This document shows positions 27,301 to 37,737 of a DNA stretch of 64,000 nucleotides, in pieces. Under the pieces are notes generated by a model that was not told the origin of the DNA, searched no databases, and saw only the letters and a list, made by a program, of their open reading frames with translations. Positions within the stretch are counted from its first letter, which is position 1; each line of letters starts with the position of its first letter. The translations under genes and the position numbers were made by a program. The stretch is taken from sequence record LC768500.1. The stretch is one strand, 5' to 3'.

Positions 27301-30300
27301 CCTAACAGACCAACAGTAAGGATCTTAGCTAACGACGTTAATCCACTTACAATAGCGGGTAGAGTGGTGATACCGAGGGTTAAGAATTTGGAGAGTTTAA
27401 CACCAAGTCCGGCGACCCCACCCAAAATAGTTCCCATGGGGTTCTTAACGAAACCCAAGAGACCATTAAGGAATCCGCCACCTTTCTTCTCTTCATCGGG
27501 AGAACCGGAACCTCTCTCTCCTTCTCTATGACCGGCGAGATCGATAATAGCGTCCTGATAACGAGATTCACGTTCAGCTTTCGCTTTACGTTCCTTATCT
27601 TCTAAAGAGTTTAAGCGAACATCATCCGTGTTTCCCATTCGGCTTGTTTCATTAACAATATCAGCCTTGATATCCGGCATGTCGTTAATGTCATAACCAA
27701 ACTTACGGCAAAGCAGAGCGTAAATACGATCGACCGAATTGGTAATAGGCGTATAGTCCGCGGTTACAAGATCGTTGATCTTATCTCCAGCTCGCTTACC
27801 GTAACCTTTAGCTCGATCACCCAGTTTCCTGCCCAGGTCAAGAAGTTTACCACCCATTACTCCCGTCATACGTTTGAGGGATTCTATTTTCATCCCCCCT
27901 GATGTAATGAGCCCATCCTCGTATTCGGCTTGGGTAATAATGACGTCGCCGTTCTCATCATACACCGGTCCGTCGATATCTCTCCAACCCTTTACAGGAA
28001 CAACGCTACCATTCAAACGTTTGAAGTATTTACCGTTCTCAAAACCCTTCCTTGTCAGAACAGGGGAATCCTCTCCGACTCGATAAACATCCATTTGGGT
28101 TATTCGATTGGTAATACCCTGACCTATGCCTTTCAATCGGTTAAGAGGATCTAACCAGTTAAAGAGTTTTAATCCGGCTGATTTCACCGCGTTTAAGCCA
28201 CGAAGCACGACGGCCTTGCCTTCGGCACTGAACAGTTTACCCGAAAGACGTTTAGCGGAGATCACGACCTTGGTTCCGAGATCAACGATCGATCCTTTGA
28301 TCTCTTTCCAGCTGGTGATAATTTTCTTTAAAACTTTGTCGTAATACTGACGAGCTCTGAGTTTACGCGCTTCGAGTATTGGATCTTCACTCTCCCCATC
28401 GTAAATGTCTTCATCGTCACTGACGTCTCTGGCGTCCGCCATACTACGAACTTTGGTATATAACGCCCAGGCTGCAGCACCACCACCGATCAACGCCGCT
28501 GTTTTAGGATCGTGAATCGCCAATCCCGCTAACCCACCTAACATCCCACCCAGCATCAGTGGTTCGTGAGCCAGCAGTTTATCCATGCCAGCACTGAAAA
28601 TATCCTTAATCCCACCAAGACTTTTAATGCGGTCGAGGATGGTTTTCTTCTGTGCGGTATCAGCGGCATCTTCAGCATCAGTTTTGGGCTTATTCACTTC
28701 GGCTGGCTGACGAGAAAGGATTTGTTTCAGGACTTCCAATTGTTCCTGATTAATATCCCTTATTCCCATTACAGAATCCGTTAAAGATTTAACTTGCTCT
28801 GGGCTTAATGCATTTCCATCTTGTCTGCCGGGAATCCCGAGTTTAAGCTGCTCGGTGAGTTCCGATAGGGCGGTAACTAATTTACCGGAATCCTTCCCGG
28901 ACAACCCACGACGGTTATTGATAATGGTTTTCGAATTACCCCCACCCATTCCACCACGAGTAGGGAGAGGGCCTACGTCATCCTCTTCGATAAGGCCTTC
29001 GTTACCATTAAGCTCTGATTTTAACCGGTCCCATATCGCATCGGTGTTAAAGAAATCTGACCCGTTTTCACTATTAATCAAATTCATTTCTCTTAATAGT
29101 GGATCGTAACCAGCGTTTCGTAACAAATCGATTTGCTGAGAAATATTAGGGAGATAGCCTTTGAGGTTTTTGGCTCGCAGACTAAGATCGGCCGCCAAAC
29201 GTTTACTTTTAGCGGTCGGCATGTTCAACTGAGCTTTAATACCAGCCAGCCCAGATTTTTTAGCCGCTTCAATATGCTGGTCGGTTAACCTGAACGACCC
29301 CCGCATCACTTGTTCAATTTCTTTACGAATCGATGGAGTTAGCCCGTCTTCGTCTTCCATCCCGAAATAGTTGAACGGGTTGAATCCTTTATCTTGGTCA
29401 ACGTCTCTCGCCAAACGATAAGATAAGAAACGTTTAGCTTCTGGTGACAACGTCCCATTTTTGTCAATGACAGAAACCATGTCGGACGTACCTGAGGCCA
29501 ACCCACTAAATTCTCTCCCATTCAACAAATTACGTTTAACCGCATTTTGGGTTTGTTTATGGCTTAAGAACTTCCCACTGCGATAATCGAAGCGCTCTTC
29601 TTTCAGGTTATCATTACCCGTGCGTATCTTTTCCAAGCTCAGATGAAGCTTAGCGAACCACCCAGGAATGATTTCATTTAACGTACGATCGGATTGACTG
29701 CTCCAGTAGCTTGGCTGAGTCAAATCCATCAAGTTACGTTTCTTGAGTTCGTACTGTTTACCGCGGGAATCGTTGATATTAAAAGAAAGATCGTTTAACC
29801 TATTTCCCAGGAAATTTTTACCTGTTTGTTTTAAACGCCACGCTCTTTCACTTAACCGTTTTTCACCGGGAGCAAGTGAGTCAAGGTAATCGTCGTAGGT
29901 AGAAAAGTCTTCTTCGTAGTTAGCGTTATTGCGGAGAATGGTTCCTGCTAAACCAGCCGCGTTAGTTCCAGCGTATGACAGAACGCTACCCAACTGTTCC
30001 AACTTGCGATATTGCCGGCGGATGTTTTTGGCTTCTTTTGGATAGAGGGTCGCAAGTTTATTAATAAGCTTAGCACCCTGCCCAGATTTAAAGAAAGCTG
30101 GTCCTCTCTCAATGACCTCGTTAGCTAGCATCTGCCCGATAATGGTTCCCATATTGAGACCCATTCCTTCGGACATCTCCATCCCCATTCTACCCGCGCC
30201 AACCATTCCGCTTAAACCAGAAAGCATTCCTTCTCTGGCTTCTTTACCGAACGTCTCGGACAGATAACCCATCACCCCACCGGACCTACGTCCGATTGTG

Positions 30301-31145
30301 GAGAAGATGGAATCACGCAATCTACCTTTAGCTGCCATAGCCAGGGAAGTTTTCTCGTAATCACTCTTACCCGAATTAAGAGTGATCTTTTTAAGCTCGT
30401 CAATCTGACGATGCATCGAGGCTTCCATGAACTTGTAGTATTTAGCGTTGGTTAAATGCATCCGAGCCAATAAGTTGATTTTAACCGCATCGTTCTTAGC
30501 CTGGATTTTATTCTGGTAACGCAAAATACCTTGAAGGGTGGTCGAGATCCCGCCTAACAGCGAATTGGTTGCTTGTTGCTGAGCTAATTGACGACCGCCA
30601 ACTACCGCGGTCATGTTGTTGATAGCCCGCCCAATACCCACCATTGTTCCTGTCTGCTGGGCCGTAACTCCGCTTATAAAACCGGCTAAGCCATCTTCAT
30701 CGACTTCTCCCATACTTGGATCAGAAGGCGTGTATCCTCCTTGATCCCAATGGCTAAAGTCCTTATTGCTGAAGGTCTCCAACCCCTGGGCAATTTTATT
30801 AGGAGCCTTGTCGCCGTGGCGGTCTAAGGTCATCTGAGCAATTGCCTGGAGATCTTCCACCATATCTTTTGATCCGGCTTTGACCTCACTTAGGATCTCC
30901 TGCTTCTTCCAATCAAACTCTCTTTTTAAATCAAAGACAGTCCCAAATGATTTTGGGAGGAGCATTTTAGCCGTTCTCAACCTACCTTCTGAACTTCCTA
31001 TCGTACCGCTGTGGAGCTCACTGAGAAAACCGCTCCCCATGCTCGCAAAGAAACCTTTTTTAGGTGCGTTATCGAAGTCGAAGTCGAAATCTATATCGCC
31101 GGCGAATGGGTCGTCTCCCCAATCGTCGAAATCATCTTTAGCCAT
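24339..31145 (-). CDS. Tape-measure-like tail protein with C-terminal GH19 peptidoglycan hydrolase (phiKZ gp181-like)
   Basis: 2268 aa, Gly/Ala-rich hydrophobic tracts; ANFESGG...ANAVYGGRLGN...DGWLYRGRGFIQLTGKDNF; divergent from vRNAP beta'. Confidence 0.85.
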   Translation of the reverse strand: MAKDDFDDWGDDPFAGDIDFDFDFDNAPKKGFFASMGSGFLSELHSGTIGSSEGRLRTAKMLLPKSFGTVFDLKREFDWKKQEILSEVKAGSKDMVEDLQAIAQMTLDRHGDKAPNKIAQGLETFSNKDFSHWDQGGYTPSDPSMGEVDEDGLAGFISGVTAQQTGTMVGIGRAINNMTAVVGGRQLAQQQATNSLLGGISTTLQGILRYQNKIQAKNDAVKINLLARMHLTNAKYYKFMEASMHRQIDELKKITLNSGKSDYEKTSLAMAAKGRLRDSIFSTIGRRSGGVMGYLSETFGKEAREGMLSGLSGMVGAGRMGMEMSEGMGLNMGTIIGQMLANEVIERGPAFFKSGQGAKLINKLATLYPKEAKNIRRQYRKLEQLGSVLSYAGTNAAGLAGTILRNNANYEEDFSTYDDYLDSLAPGEKRLSERAWRLKQTGKNFLGNRLNDLSFNINDSRGKQYELKKRNLMDLTQPSYWSSQSDRTLNEIIPGWFAKLHLSLEKIRTGNDNLKEERFDYRSGKFLSHKQTQNAVKRNLLNGREFSGLASGTSDMVSVIDKNGTLSPEAKRFLSYRLARDVDQDKGFNPFNYFGMEDEDGLTPSIRKEIEQVMRGSFRLTDQHIEAAKKSGLAGIKAQLNMPTAKSKRLAADLSLRAKNLKGYLPNISQQIDLLRNAGYDPLLREMNLINSENGSDFFNTDAIWDRLKSELNGNEGLIEEDDVGPLPTRGGMGGGNSKTIINNRRGLSGKDSGKLVTALSELTEQLKLGIPGRQDGNALSPEQVKSLTDSVMGIRDINQEQLEVLKQILSRQPAEVNKPKTDAEDAADTAQKKTILDRIKSLGGIKDIFSAGMDKLLAHEPLMLGGMLGGLAGLAIHDPKTAALIGGGAAAWALYTKVRSMADARDVSDDEDIYDGESEDPILEARKLRARQYYDKVLKKIITSWKEIKGSIVDLGTKVVISAKRLSGKLFSAEGKAVVLRGLNAVKSAGLKLFNWLDPLNRLKGIGQGITNRITQMDVYRVGEDSPVLTRKGFENGKYFKRLNGSVVPVKGWRDIDGPVYDENGDVIITQAEYEDGLITSGGMKIESLKRMTGVMGGKLLDLGRKLGDRAKGYGKRAGDKINDLVTADYTPITNSVDRIYALLCRKFGYDINDMPDIKADIVNETSRMGNTDDVRLNSLEDKERKAKAERESRYQDAIIDLAGHREGERGSGSPDEEKKGGGFLNGLLGFVKNPMGTILGGVAGLGVKLSKFLTLGITTLPAIVSGLTSLAKILTVGLLGRRASDGVDDIVDAAGGASGRRRGRRTRGGRVGRGRAFKFGLAGLATAGLGMYLDATNEEHEGTNWKDVASNTLTAASAVSLGSSAMSAMGINLGIGSAIASGASAAGSAIVSGTGALATAVAPLLFNPVTLGIGAVAVAGYLIYKYYAKGKGSQFKLRMAQYGIKDVESDLAAKIRSAEEALREYVVVTAGVASIAKSAPLEQIFQSFIPQANDKGQQQAYFTWFNLRFKPIFLTYASAIDTAGYRDFETFDKSTDAKLYSTVSTINDRIGTINPYPYQIAAQFDEATPIMGKDQTINQVRLYLDELKSFNERHGRTAEGIEKEGIVTMKTSAEQVEKSEKAGWWSSLKMRVGGTYEDRSDIEEINKRYPVTKSVMEINITDLLPGGDKPLAGITALRLAAYGDTEHIPWRVEAVLKLERYCEDYISVIGNDARFTSTTGAVYNLFKNSFRITDDQANQWCTWFRDRFLPVCMAWVKYVRIMRGVKPSAGWKSMTATNAFDFAKELLGLKVNIGKTPTSVWEVKWSPFPNTTSGSITPQVKAIVNNLDTAAKNAKLNFGDKEVKASGAKEVVPYTSAHSMGEGGLNQAVATAAMGDNVIAGGQPVINYKPITGNTDTSTVDLSGVTPVGGSGGGDKGVSVPQKAAEQLIMKEMIKAGFTDPRLIAEMLALANFESGGFKNTAENMNYKPGRLLEIFPGRVKSMGQAQQIVAGGPQAIANAVYGGRLGNSGPNDGWLYRGRGFIQLTGKDNFRAASQYVGKDLVKNPELVSTDPEVMAKTLIWYLSNGSTGKRLQSIVKNNSFEYAAQGLNPNGLPDMPARTRLYQQYMKRLTSNELTVDPNAGATPSSSGETPPSSVSSVSPDAKPPTMKSENVGTANSVAAVSAITTPSVNQGPKPIGAVPSTPVSEGSVAYKSDPANPLNRVKVPTEQSTSAPPTPLAKPVQQPDPVATAQVQAQGRTNDLLAQLLKEIQNQKAPDPRMGYTSK

Positions 31146-31165
31146 TTTAACCTCGTGGTGCGAAT

Positions 31166-32605
31166 ATGCAACCTACTAATATTACGTTATTGAACCCAAA
31201 CAAAGTGGCTTGGGCTCTCATGAAAGCCGTGACGTCAACAGACGTCCATGAGGGGATGACCAACAACCTTCATGAAGATGGTTTATACTCTCCAACAATC
31301 TTCGGTCGTGTCGGTACCGACCAACGAGATAAAACTCAATCTTACATCAATGTTAAGATTCCTGTCTTCAACCCGACTTATTTTAAGGCTTTGATTGGGT
31401 TAAAGGGTTTGTATCTCGGAATAATCAAAGGGACGGAATACGCCCTTTGGGACGCATCAGAACGCGACTTCATAAAATCAAACCTCCTGGAAGGAGAAAC
31501 CGGCTACAGTTTCTTTATGCGTCACTTTTACGACTTAGAGCCTAAGTTAAACGAAAGTTATAAACGCAAACAGCGCGTAGAACTCTTTAATAAATTTAAA
31601 GACATCGCGTTGACTAAAAACATCATTGTCCTGCCGGCTGGTATTCGCGATATTCAAATAGAACCTAACGGACAAATCGTCGAGCCTGAAATAAATGATT
31701 TCTATCGTAAACTGATCTTCCGTAGTCGCAGCGTGGTTATCCAGGAAGGTGAAGAAGATAATCCGATTTACGATAACATCCGTTGGGCGATTCAAAGCGT
31801 GTTTAACGATATCGATGATTATATCTTCCGACTGATGGAAGGTAAGCGTGGATTCTTACAGCGCCGAGTCTCAACTCGTGGTGTCGTCGGGGGTACTCGT
31901 AACGTTATTACCGCTCGTAAAGTTTCTGTTGCTGATGCGGATGATGATAATGGGGTTGACGTTAACACCACAGATATCGGGATGTATCAAGCGCTGTTGG
32001 GTTTCCAATACGTTGCACGATATGCGTTACTTAAAGGTTTCTTAAGCCGCGTGTTTACGGTAGGGTCAAGTACGGCTAAACTCGTCGACCCCAGAACCTT
32101 TGAATATCAATACGTTGAAGTTGAGAGCAACATTGTTGACAAATGGTTGTCAGCCGATGGACTCACCGCTTTGTTCAACGGATTCGGCACCAGGCACTTG
32201 CGTCATAAACCGATCAAAATCAACGGTTATTACATGGGCCTGACCTATGATGACGGTAAATATGTCAAGTTACTCGGTGACGTAACCGAACTTCCTCCTG
32301 GGTTTGATAAGAAGTTCTGCAAACCATTGACTTACATGGAACTCTTCTATTTAAGTTGTGTCGAAGAAATAGAAAAGAGGATGCTTCAGGTTACCCGTTA
32401 TCCGATTACTGGGATGGGGTCCATCTATCCTAGCTTCATCAAAATCAAAACAACGACTAACGCCCAAAAAAGAATTATTTTAGATGATTACTGGGAAGAA
32501 GGTTATCGTTGCACATACTACCCAGTCAGAGAAACTAAACCAGATTATTTCGACGCCATGAGTGTCGATGGTAGTCGGTTAGGATTACTCGGCGGGGACT
32601 TCGAT
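31166..32605 (+). CDS. rpoC: Virion RNA polymerase beta' subunit N-terminal part (phiKZ gp180-like), exon 1
   Basis: GLYSPTIFG, MEGKRGFLQRR, RNVI, QVTRYP, ends LGGDFD just before a TGA; completed by exon 2. Confidence 0.9.
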
Positions 32606-32985
32606 TGATTGCAAATCACATTTGCACAGTCCCACTAGACGCGAAAGCTCTAGTGCGTATCTCCTTGAATTGTCTGGGAAGCTCACAAAAGTCTGATGCC
32701 TGCTTAGCAGGAGCCGATAAGGCAGAAATAAGTTCAGACCTGACCTATGCTAAACAATAAGGCTAAGGGTTATTAACAAGGGGCCATCAGCAGCGAACCC
32801 TACTTCGGTAGGAGACGTTCAACGACTAGAGCGGAAGCGCTCGTACTCTTTACAGGGAGTAAAGAGGAAGTGGGGAGAGGGCTAAGTTCGGCACTAGCCG
32901 AATACGTCTAAGATATAGTCTCGACGTCCAAGGTAAGACTTGGAGTACGCTAAAGCGTAGGGGTGTGGAAACACCTTAAGAACCG
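32606..32985 (+). mobile_element. ORF-less group I intron (380 nt) in the DFD^GD catalytic motif
   Basis: 5' exon ends in U, intron ends in G; Q ATCAGCAGCGAA 32786-32797, R ACGTTCAACGACTA 32815-32828, S AAGATATAGTCT 32910-32921, P7 GACTA/TAGTC; removal restores DFDGD. Confidence 0.9.
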
Positions 32986-33159
32986 GGCGACCAGTTGAAT
33001 TCTAATTCAATCAACGGAGAGGATGCTATTGCTGAAGCTAAAGCTTTAATGGGCAGACGCGATTACTATATCACCGGCACGGGGCAGTTCCTTTACAGTC
33101 CAACGGTGGAACCTCACGAATTCTTATTCCGAAATCTCAGTAACGGACTCAACCTATGA
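32986..33159 (+). CDS. rpoC: vRNAP beta' exon 2 (not in ORF track)
   Basis: GDQLNSNSINGEDAIAEAKALMGRRDYYITGTGQFLYSPTVEPHEFLFRNLSNGLNL*; spliced product 537 aa; stop overlaps beta ATG (ATGA). Confidence 0.88.
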   Translation, partial: GDQLNSNSINGEDAIAEAKALMGRRDYYITGTGQFLYSPTVEPHEFLFRNLSNGLNL

Positions 33160-36100
33160 GCGTATTATACCAACAGTTCTTCCGTAATTTTGTTCTTAGG
33201 AAAAAACAAGAAATTACAAATCCTAAGTTTCACCATCTGACGGATATGGTGTTGCCGAGAGAATCGGTAATGATGTATCTACCGAAGACGCAAGAAGATA
33301 TCGGCCCAAGTACCGAGGAGCCCTTAATAGGGACTTACCCTGATGGGGTTAACATTTATTTCAACAGTCTTTATATAACCCCCATCGGAAGAACTCGACC
33401 CGTTCCCTTTAACGAAAAGCAATCTATACAGCTTTATCGTAAAAGCCATTTCAAATACAACTGGGCGAGGACGCTGTCCAACTACCTGAGCCGTCGTCAG
33501 GAACTGTTGGTAAACAACATAGCGATGGGACCCCATCGTCACCGTTATGTCTTTACTCGCTTTGTTCAGTTCGAACGAGCTTACAACCAACTGGCTTCTG
33601 GGATTGAAGCCGTTAAGCAAATGAGTAAGGAAACGACCCGCAATCAATACTGGCGAATAGAACTTCCTCCAAGCATCCCCGATTATCGTCAACTGCTGGT
33701 AGCCGTCGATCATTATAAGAAGGCGTTCAAAGACGGTGTTTATACCACCACTGACAATCAGGCTGTACTCCCGTTTAAGGGCTACGGTTCTTATTGGATC
33801 ATGGATTGGTACCTCTTCTTGATAGGCGAAAAGAACTACAGTCTGTTTAATCGCTTAGATAAAGAAGAAATGGATAAACTCCACATCATCTTTAGTCATA
33901 ATGGACTCAGCTGGGTAGTTAACCTTGGTATCGTCTCTCAATGGATGGAAGAACTTAACGACAAGCACGGCAATCCCACCAGTATGCGTGTTAACGCGGC
34001 TAAACGGTTCCTGCTTGGATTTAGGGCTCTGATAGCGGGCGGCACGCTAAGCGAAACCATAGAGGAGAAATCTCATGCCGCTGAGAATGTCGGATTGGGT
34101 ACTGGAACGCCAGAAGAGGAAAGAAGAAGCCAGGAAGCTAATAAGGAATCAGAAGAAGAACCGCTGGATCTCGATGAGTCTGAAGAGATTACTGATCAGT
34201 CTGTTACTATGCTTGATCTTTTCATGGGCAGCAAAAAGGCTGATACAGAATCTGATGATGACCAAGGAGGAGAGGATTCAGGAGGAGCTGATGAGAATCA
34301 CGGAGAAGAGTGGGCTGCAGCGGTCGACGATGAATTACTTTATAACGCCGAAACAGAAGGATTAGGGGAAACCAAGAAAGTTATTTTCAGTACCCCAGAA
34401 TCTGGTATCCTGAGAGCCTTAGAGCAAAGAGCCAAGGCCGGGACATTAACTGTTGCGGAACAACGTTATTACACTAATCTCGCGCAATCATACAAAACGA
34501 TCAAAATGCCTAACGGTGAAAGTCTTGAAAGTTTTGTTAAGATCGATCAGGCCAAACTCCGCCACCTTCCTGCTAAAATTGCTCCTGAGATGAGAGGGAT
34601 CATCGACCCTTCTCAGCTACAAAGTAGAGCGACCAATCTTAAAACGAAATACTCTGAAGAATTCCTTAATCGGGATATAGCCGGGATGATACTGAACATT
34701 CAGAACGCCGGTATCGTTTTAACCGACCTGAAACGTGAACGTATCGTCAATGCGGAATCGGCTTACGACGTTTATACCATGAACGTCCATCCTGTTGGCG
34801 GATCGCCTAAGACCGCAATGTTCCGCATCCCCAAAATTGACAAAGACGGAACCTTCACTGTCGATGGGGTAAAACAACATCTTCAACTTCAGCGTATGGA
34901 AATACCAATTCGTAAGATAAACTCTGAGCAGGTTGCTTTGACGAGTTATTATGACCGCAAGATCATGATGTCTCGTTCGACAAAGGTTGCAGATGATTAC
35001 GGATTGTGGCTGAACAAACAACTTATTCTGTTGGGTGAGGCCGGTAAAGTATCTGGGGTGTTGGGCGATGTCTATAATCGTAGTTACGCTGTTCCTCGTA
35101 CTTATTCTGCGTTAGCCAAGCGGTACCGAACATTAAAGGCTGGTGGGATTGAATTCAACTTCGATCTTTCTAGTCTTGTTGGCTCAGAGAAAGAAATCAA
35201 GAAACTGATTTCTCCTAACTGGGTTCCGGTGGCTAAAGAAGGTGACGGCTTCATCTTTATGGATGATGGCGGTAACCTTTACAAAGATAAGACACACATT
35301 GGTTCTTTCGAAAGCCGCTGTGGAATTGACACGACGAAGGCCCCAGTCGATATCGTTACGGTGAATGTAAACGGATACGCTTTCCCTATCGGTGTAGTGC
35401 TCGCTTACTACTTCGGATTCGACGAACTTCTTAAAGCACTCAATGCTGACTATCGGACCGTTCCGGCCGGTGAGAAAGTTCGGATGGGTCAGGACGAATA
35501 CGCGATAACCTTTAACGACGAAACGCTTATTTTCAACAGACGGGATAGTTTAACCGCACTTATCATGGGCGGATTCCGGAAGTTAGCGAATCTCAGTAAC
35601 TTCTCTCGCTATGACCTAAACACAAAAGGTGTATGGGTGCCGGCTATCGGGGATAAGAAAGTCAAACCTGGTCATTTTGATGAAATGCGTTTGATGTTCG
35701 AAATGTTCATCGATCCGATCACCAAATCTGAACTGGTTAAAAGGGGCTATCCGACTGAGCTTCATTATCTCATGATCGAAGGCGTGAAAATGCTGAACAC
35801 CGATCGAACTGCTCACGAGATAGAATTAACTGAGCAACGTTTCGTTGGGTATGAACGTTTTGCTGGCCGAGTCTATAATGAGATTGTTAAGTCAACGCGT
35901 CAATTCAGGAATAAAGGTAACGACAAACGTTTCACCTTCGATATGAACCCTGAAGCGGTTATCATGAGTATCATCACCGATACAAGTGTAAACCTAGTCG
36001 AAGAGGTTAACCCCATCCACGAAATCAAAGAACAGGAAGTTGTTACCTTTGGTGGTACTGGTGGGCGAAGTGAAACGACAATGGTCAGACGTACACGTGG

Positions 36101-36303
36101 TCAGCAAGAGAACTATGCTGGGGTTATCTCCGAGGCTGGTAAAGACTCCGGTAAAGTTGGGTTCGTGAGTTACTTAACGAGCAACCCTAAGATCGCCGAT
36201 TTCCGTGGTAACGTCGACCTAAGCATGCCTGACACTCTGAGCGGCAGACTGTCGGTAACATCCAACCTTTTAGCTCACTCGACCTCCGATGACCCAAAAC
36301 GGT
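33156..36303 (+). CDS. rpoB: Virion RNA polymerase beta subunit N-terminal part (phiKZ gp178-like), exon 1
   Basis: GTFTVDGVKQ, EVVTFGGTGGR, SEAGKDSGKVG, ends STSDDPKR. Confidence 0.88.
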
Positions 36304-36317
36304 TAACTGTAATATTT

Positions 36318-36350
36318 TCCTGAGTACAATATTATGTTGAGACTCAGGAG
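36318..36350 (+). promoter_or_regulatory. RBS-sequestering hairpin with TATG in loop
   Basis: TCCTGAGT (36318-36325) pairs with ACTCAGGA (36342-36349), covering the AGGAG RBS; TATG at 36333-36336. Confidence 0.6.
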
Positions 36351-36359
36351 CAAATTAAG

Positions 36360-37412
36360 ATGAAACCAATTGAGTGTAAAGATTTTCCAGGGTATTACGA
36401 GATACCCAATTTTTCCAAGTACTGCATTAATAAAAAATCAGATATTATTCATAAACGCAAAAACAAAAAAATCAGACAGTACGACGTTAAATCTTCTGTG
36501 ACGTCCAGGCCAGAAACCGGGTGTTATAAAAGAGTGACGATGTATTCTGATGATAAAAAACTCCACGCCTTTTCGGTCCATCGGTTAATGGGCTTGGTGT
36601 TTAAACATCCTGGTGCCGGGTTTCACTCTCTACAGGTCCACCACGGAGATGGGATAAAATTTCATAACGACATCGATAACTTAGAATGGGTTACACCCAA
36701 GACCAATATTGTTTTAGCAAACGATTATTACATGGGTAAAGCTAAAATACCTGTCCAAGCTAGGTCTAAAAACGGTGAAGTTCTAAATTTTTCTAATCTA
36801 AGTGATTGTGCTAAATTACTCGGGATCCATAGGACAACCCTTATCTCCAGATTAAGTACGTTTGGAGAAAAGTTTGTTCACCCAGAGGGCTATCAACTGA
36901 GGTACGGAAATTCCGATAAGCCATGGGTTGCACCAGACGAAGAATCAGCTAAGGACTTAGATGAGTTTTACTCGTCACCCATTTTGGTAAAAAATCTCAA
37001 CACTGGCGAAGTGAGGGAATTTAAAACAGCCAAAGGCGTGATGGAATTAATAGTAAGATCTCCGTCAAGCATAAGTACTTTGAGTAATGATTCGACTCAA
37101 CCCATTGTGATGGGTAAAGATAACGTACCGTACATTCTCATAAAAAAATATTCTGGGGTCGATTTCAGGAGAGTTGACGATCCAATGAATGATTTTGTCG
37201 AACAACAGACCAATACCAGAACGGTAGTTGCGACGAATGTTACGACTAATGAAAAGAGAGTTTATACGACCGCGCAGGCGTGCGCATCTGATTTTGGAAT
37301 AGGAAAAACTACACTTAATTGGCGTCTTAAGAAACCCATCCCTGGTGTTTTCGACGGATGGATTTTTAGATATTACGAGGCCCGTATGGGAGGAAACACC
37401 CATACGCAATAA
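36360..37412 (+). CDS. Intron-encoded HNH homing endonuclease
   Basis: FPGYYEI N-terminus, VHRLMG, QVHHGDGIKFHNDIDNLEWVTPKTN; repeated putative DNA-binding modules C-terminally. Confidence 0.88.
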   Translation: MKPIECKDFPGYYEIPNFSKYCINKKSDIIHKRKNKKIRQYDVKSSVTSRPETGCYKRVTMYSDDKKLHAFSVHRLMGLVFKHPGAGFHSLQVHHGDGIKFHNDIDNLEWVTPKTNIVLANDYYMGKAKIPVQARSKNGEVLNFSNLSDCAKLLGIHRTTLISRLSTFGEKFVHPEGYQLRYGNSDKPWVAPDEESAKDLDEFYSSPILVKNLNTGEVREFKTAKGVMELIVRSPSSISTLSNDSTQPIVMGKDNVPYILIKKYSGVDFRRVDDPMNDFVEQQTNTRTVVATNVTTNEKRVYTTAQACASDFGIGKTTLNWRLKKPIPGVFDGWIFRYYEARMGGNTHTQ

Positions 37413-37737
37413 TCTTTAATTGTTCTGGGACGATCTCGAAGACTCTCATACCAAAGCGGAATACGAAAGTATAGACGTCATGGTTTTAAAAGTTGAGAAG
37501 AGAGACGATCTAGCAGCGAAGCACCTACGTATCTTCGAGAGAAGAGATAGGGTGAACGTTCAACGACTATGGGTGAAACTCCCAGTAGATTTTACATGAA
37601 GTAATTTCGAAACAGGATTCCCTTCGAGTGAGCTGAAGAAGCTCGATACTCATGGGTGAAATATAGTCTGCTCCCTACGGCGACGTAGCGGCGGGTGTCA
37701 TAGCACACCGGGTTGAAGGAAGCAACCGGACATAAGG

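Larger units (their letters stand above)
36304..37737 (+). mobile_element. Group I intron (1434 nt) carrying an HNH gene upstream of its catalytic core
   Basis: Starts TAA after U, ends in G; R ACGTTCAACGACTA 37556-37569 identical to intron 1, S AAATATAGTCT 37659-37669; splicing gives DDPKRSLFSGVQQSQGV, matching RpoB DDANRALMGANMQRQAV. Confidence 0.85.

Noticed and set aside
32606-32640. TGA readthrough or alternative genetic code after DFD
   Set aside because: The frame hits TAG ten codons later and does not give GD. Group I core elements and a clean exon 2 explain the break, and other genes use TGA as a normal stop.
37713-37737. Independent start (MKEATGHK) for the second beta ORF
   Set aside because: It is a TTG inside intron P9-region hairpins with no RBS; homology begins only at the predicted splice junction.
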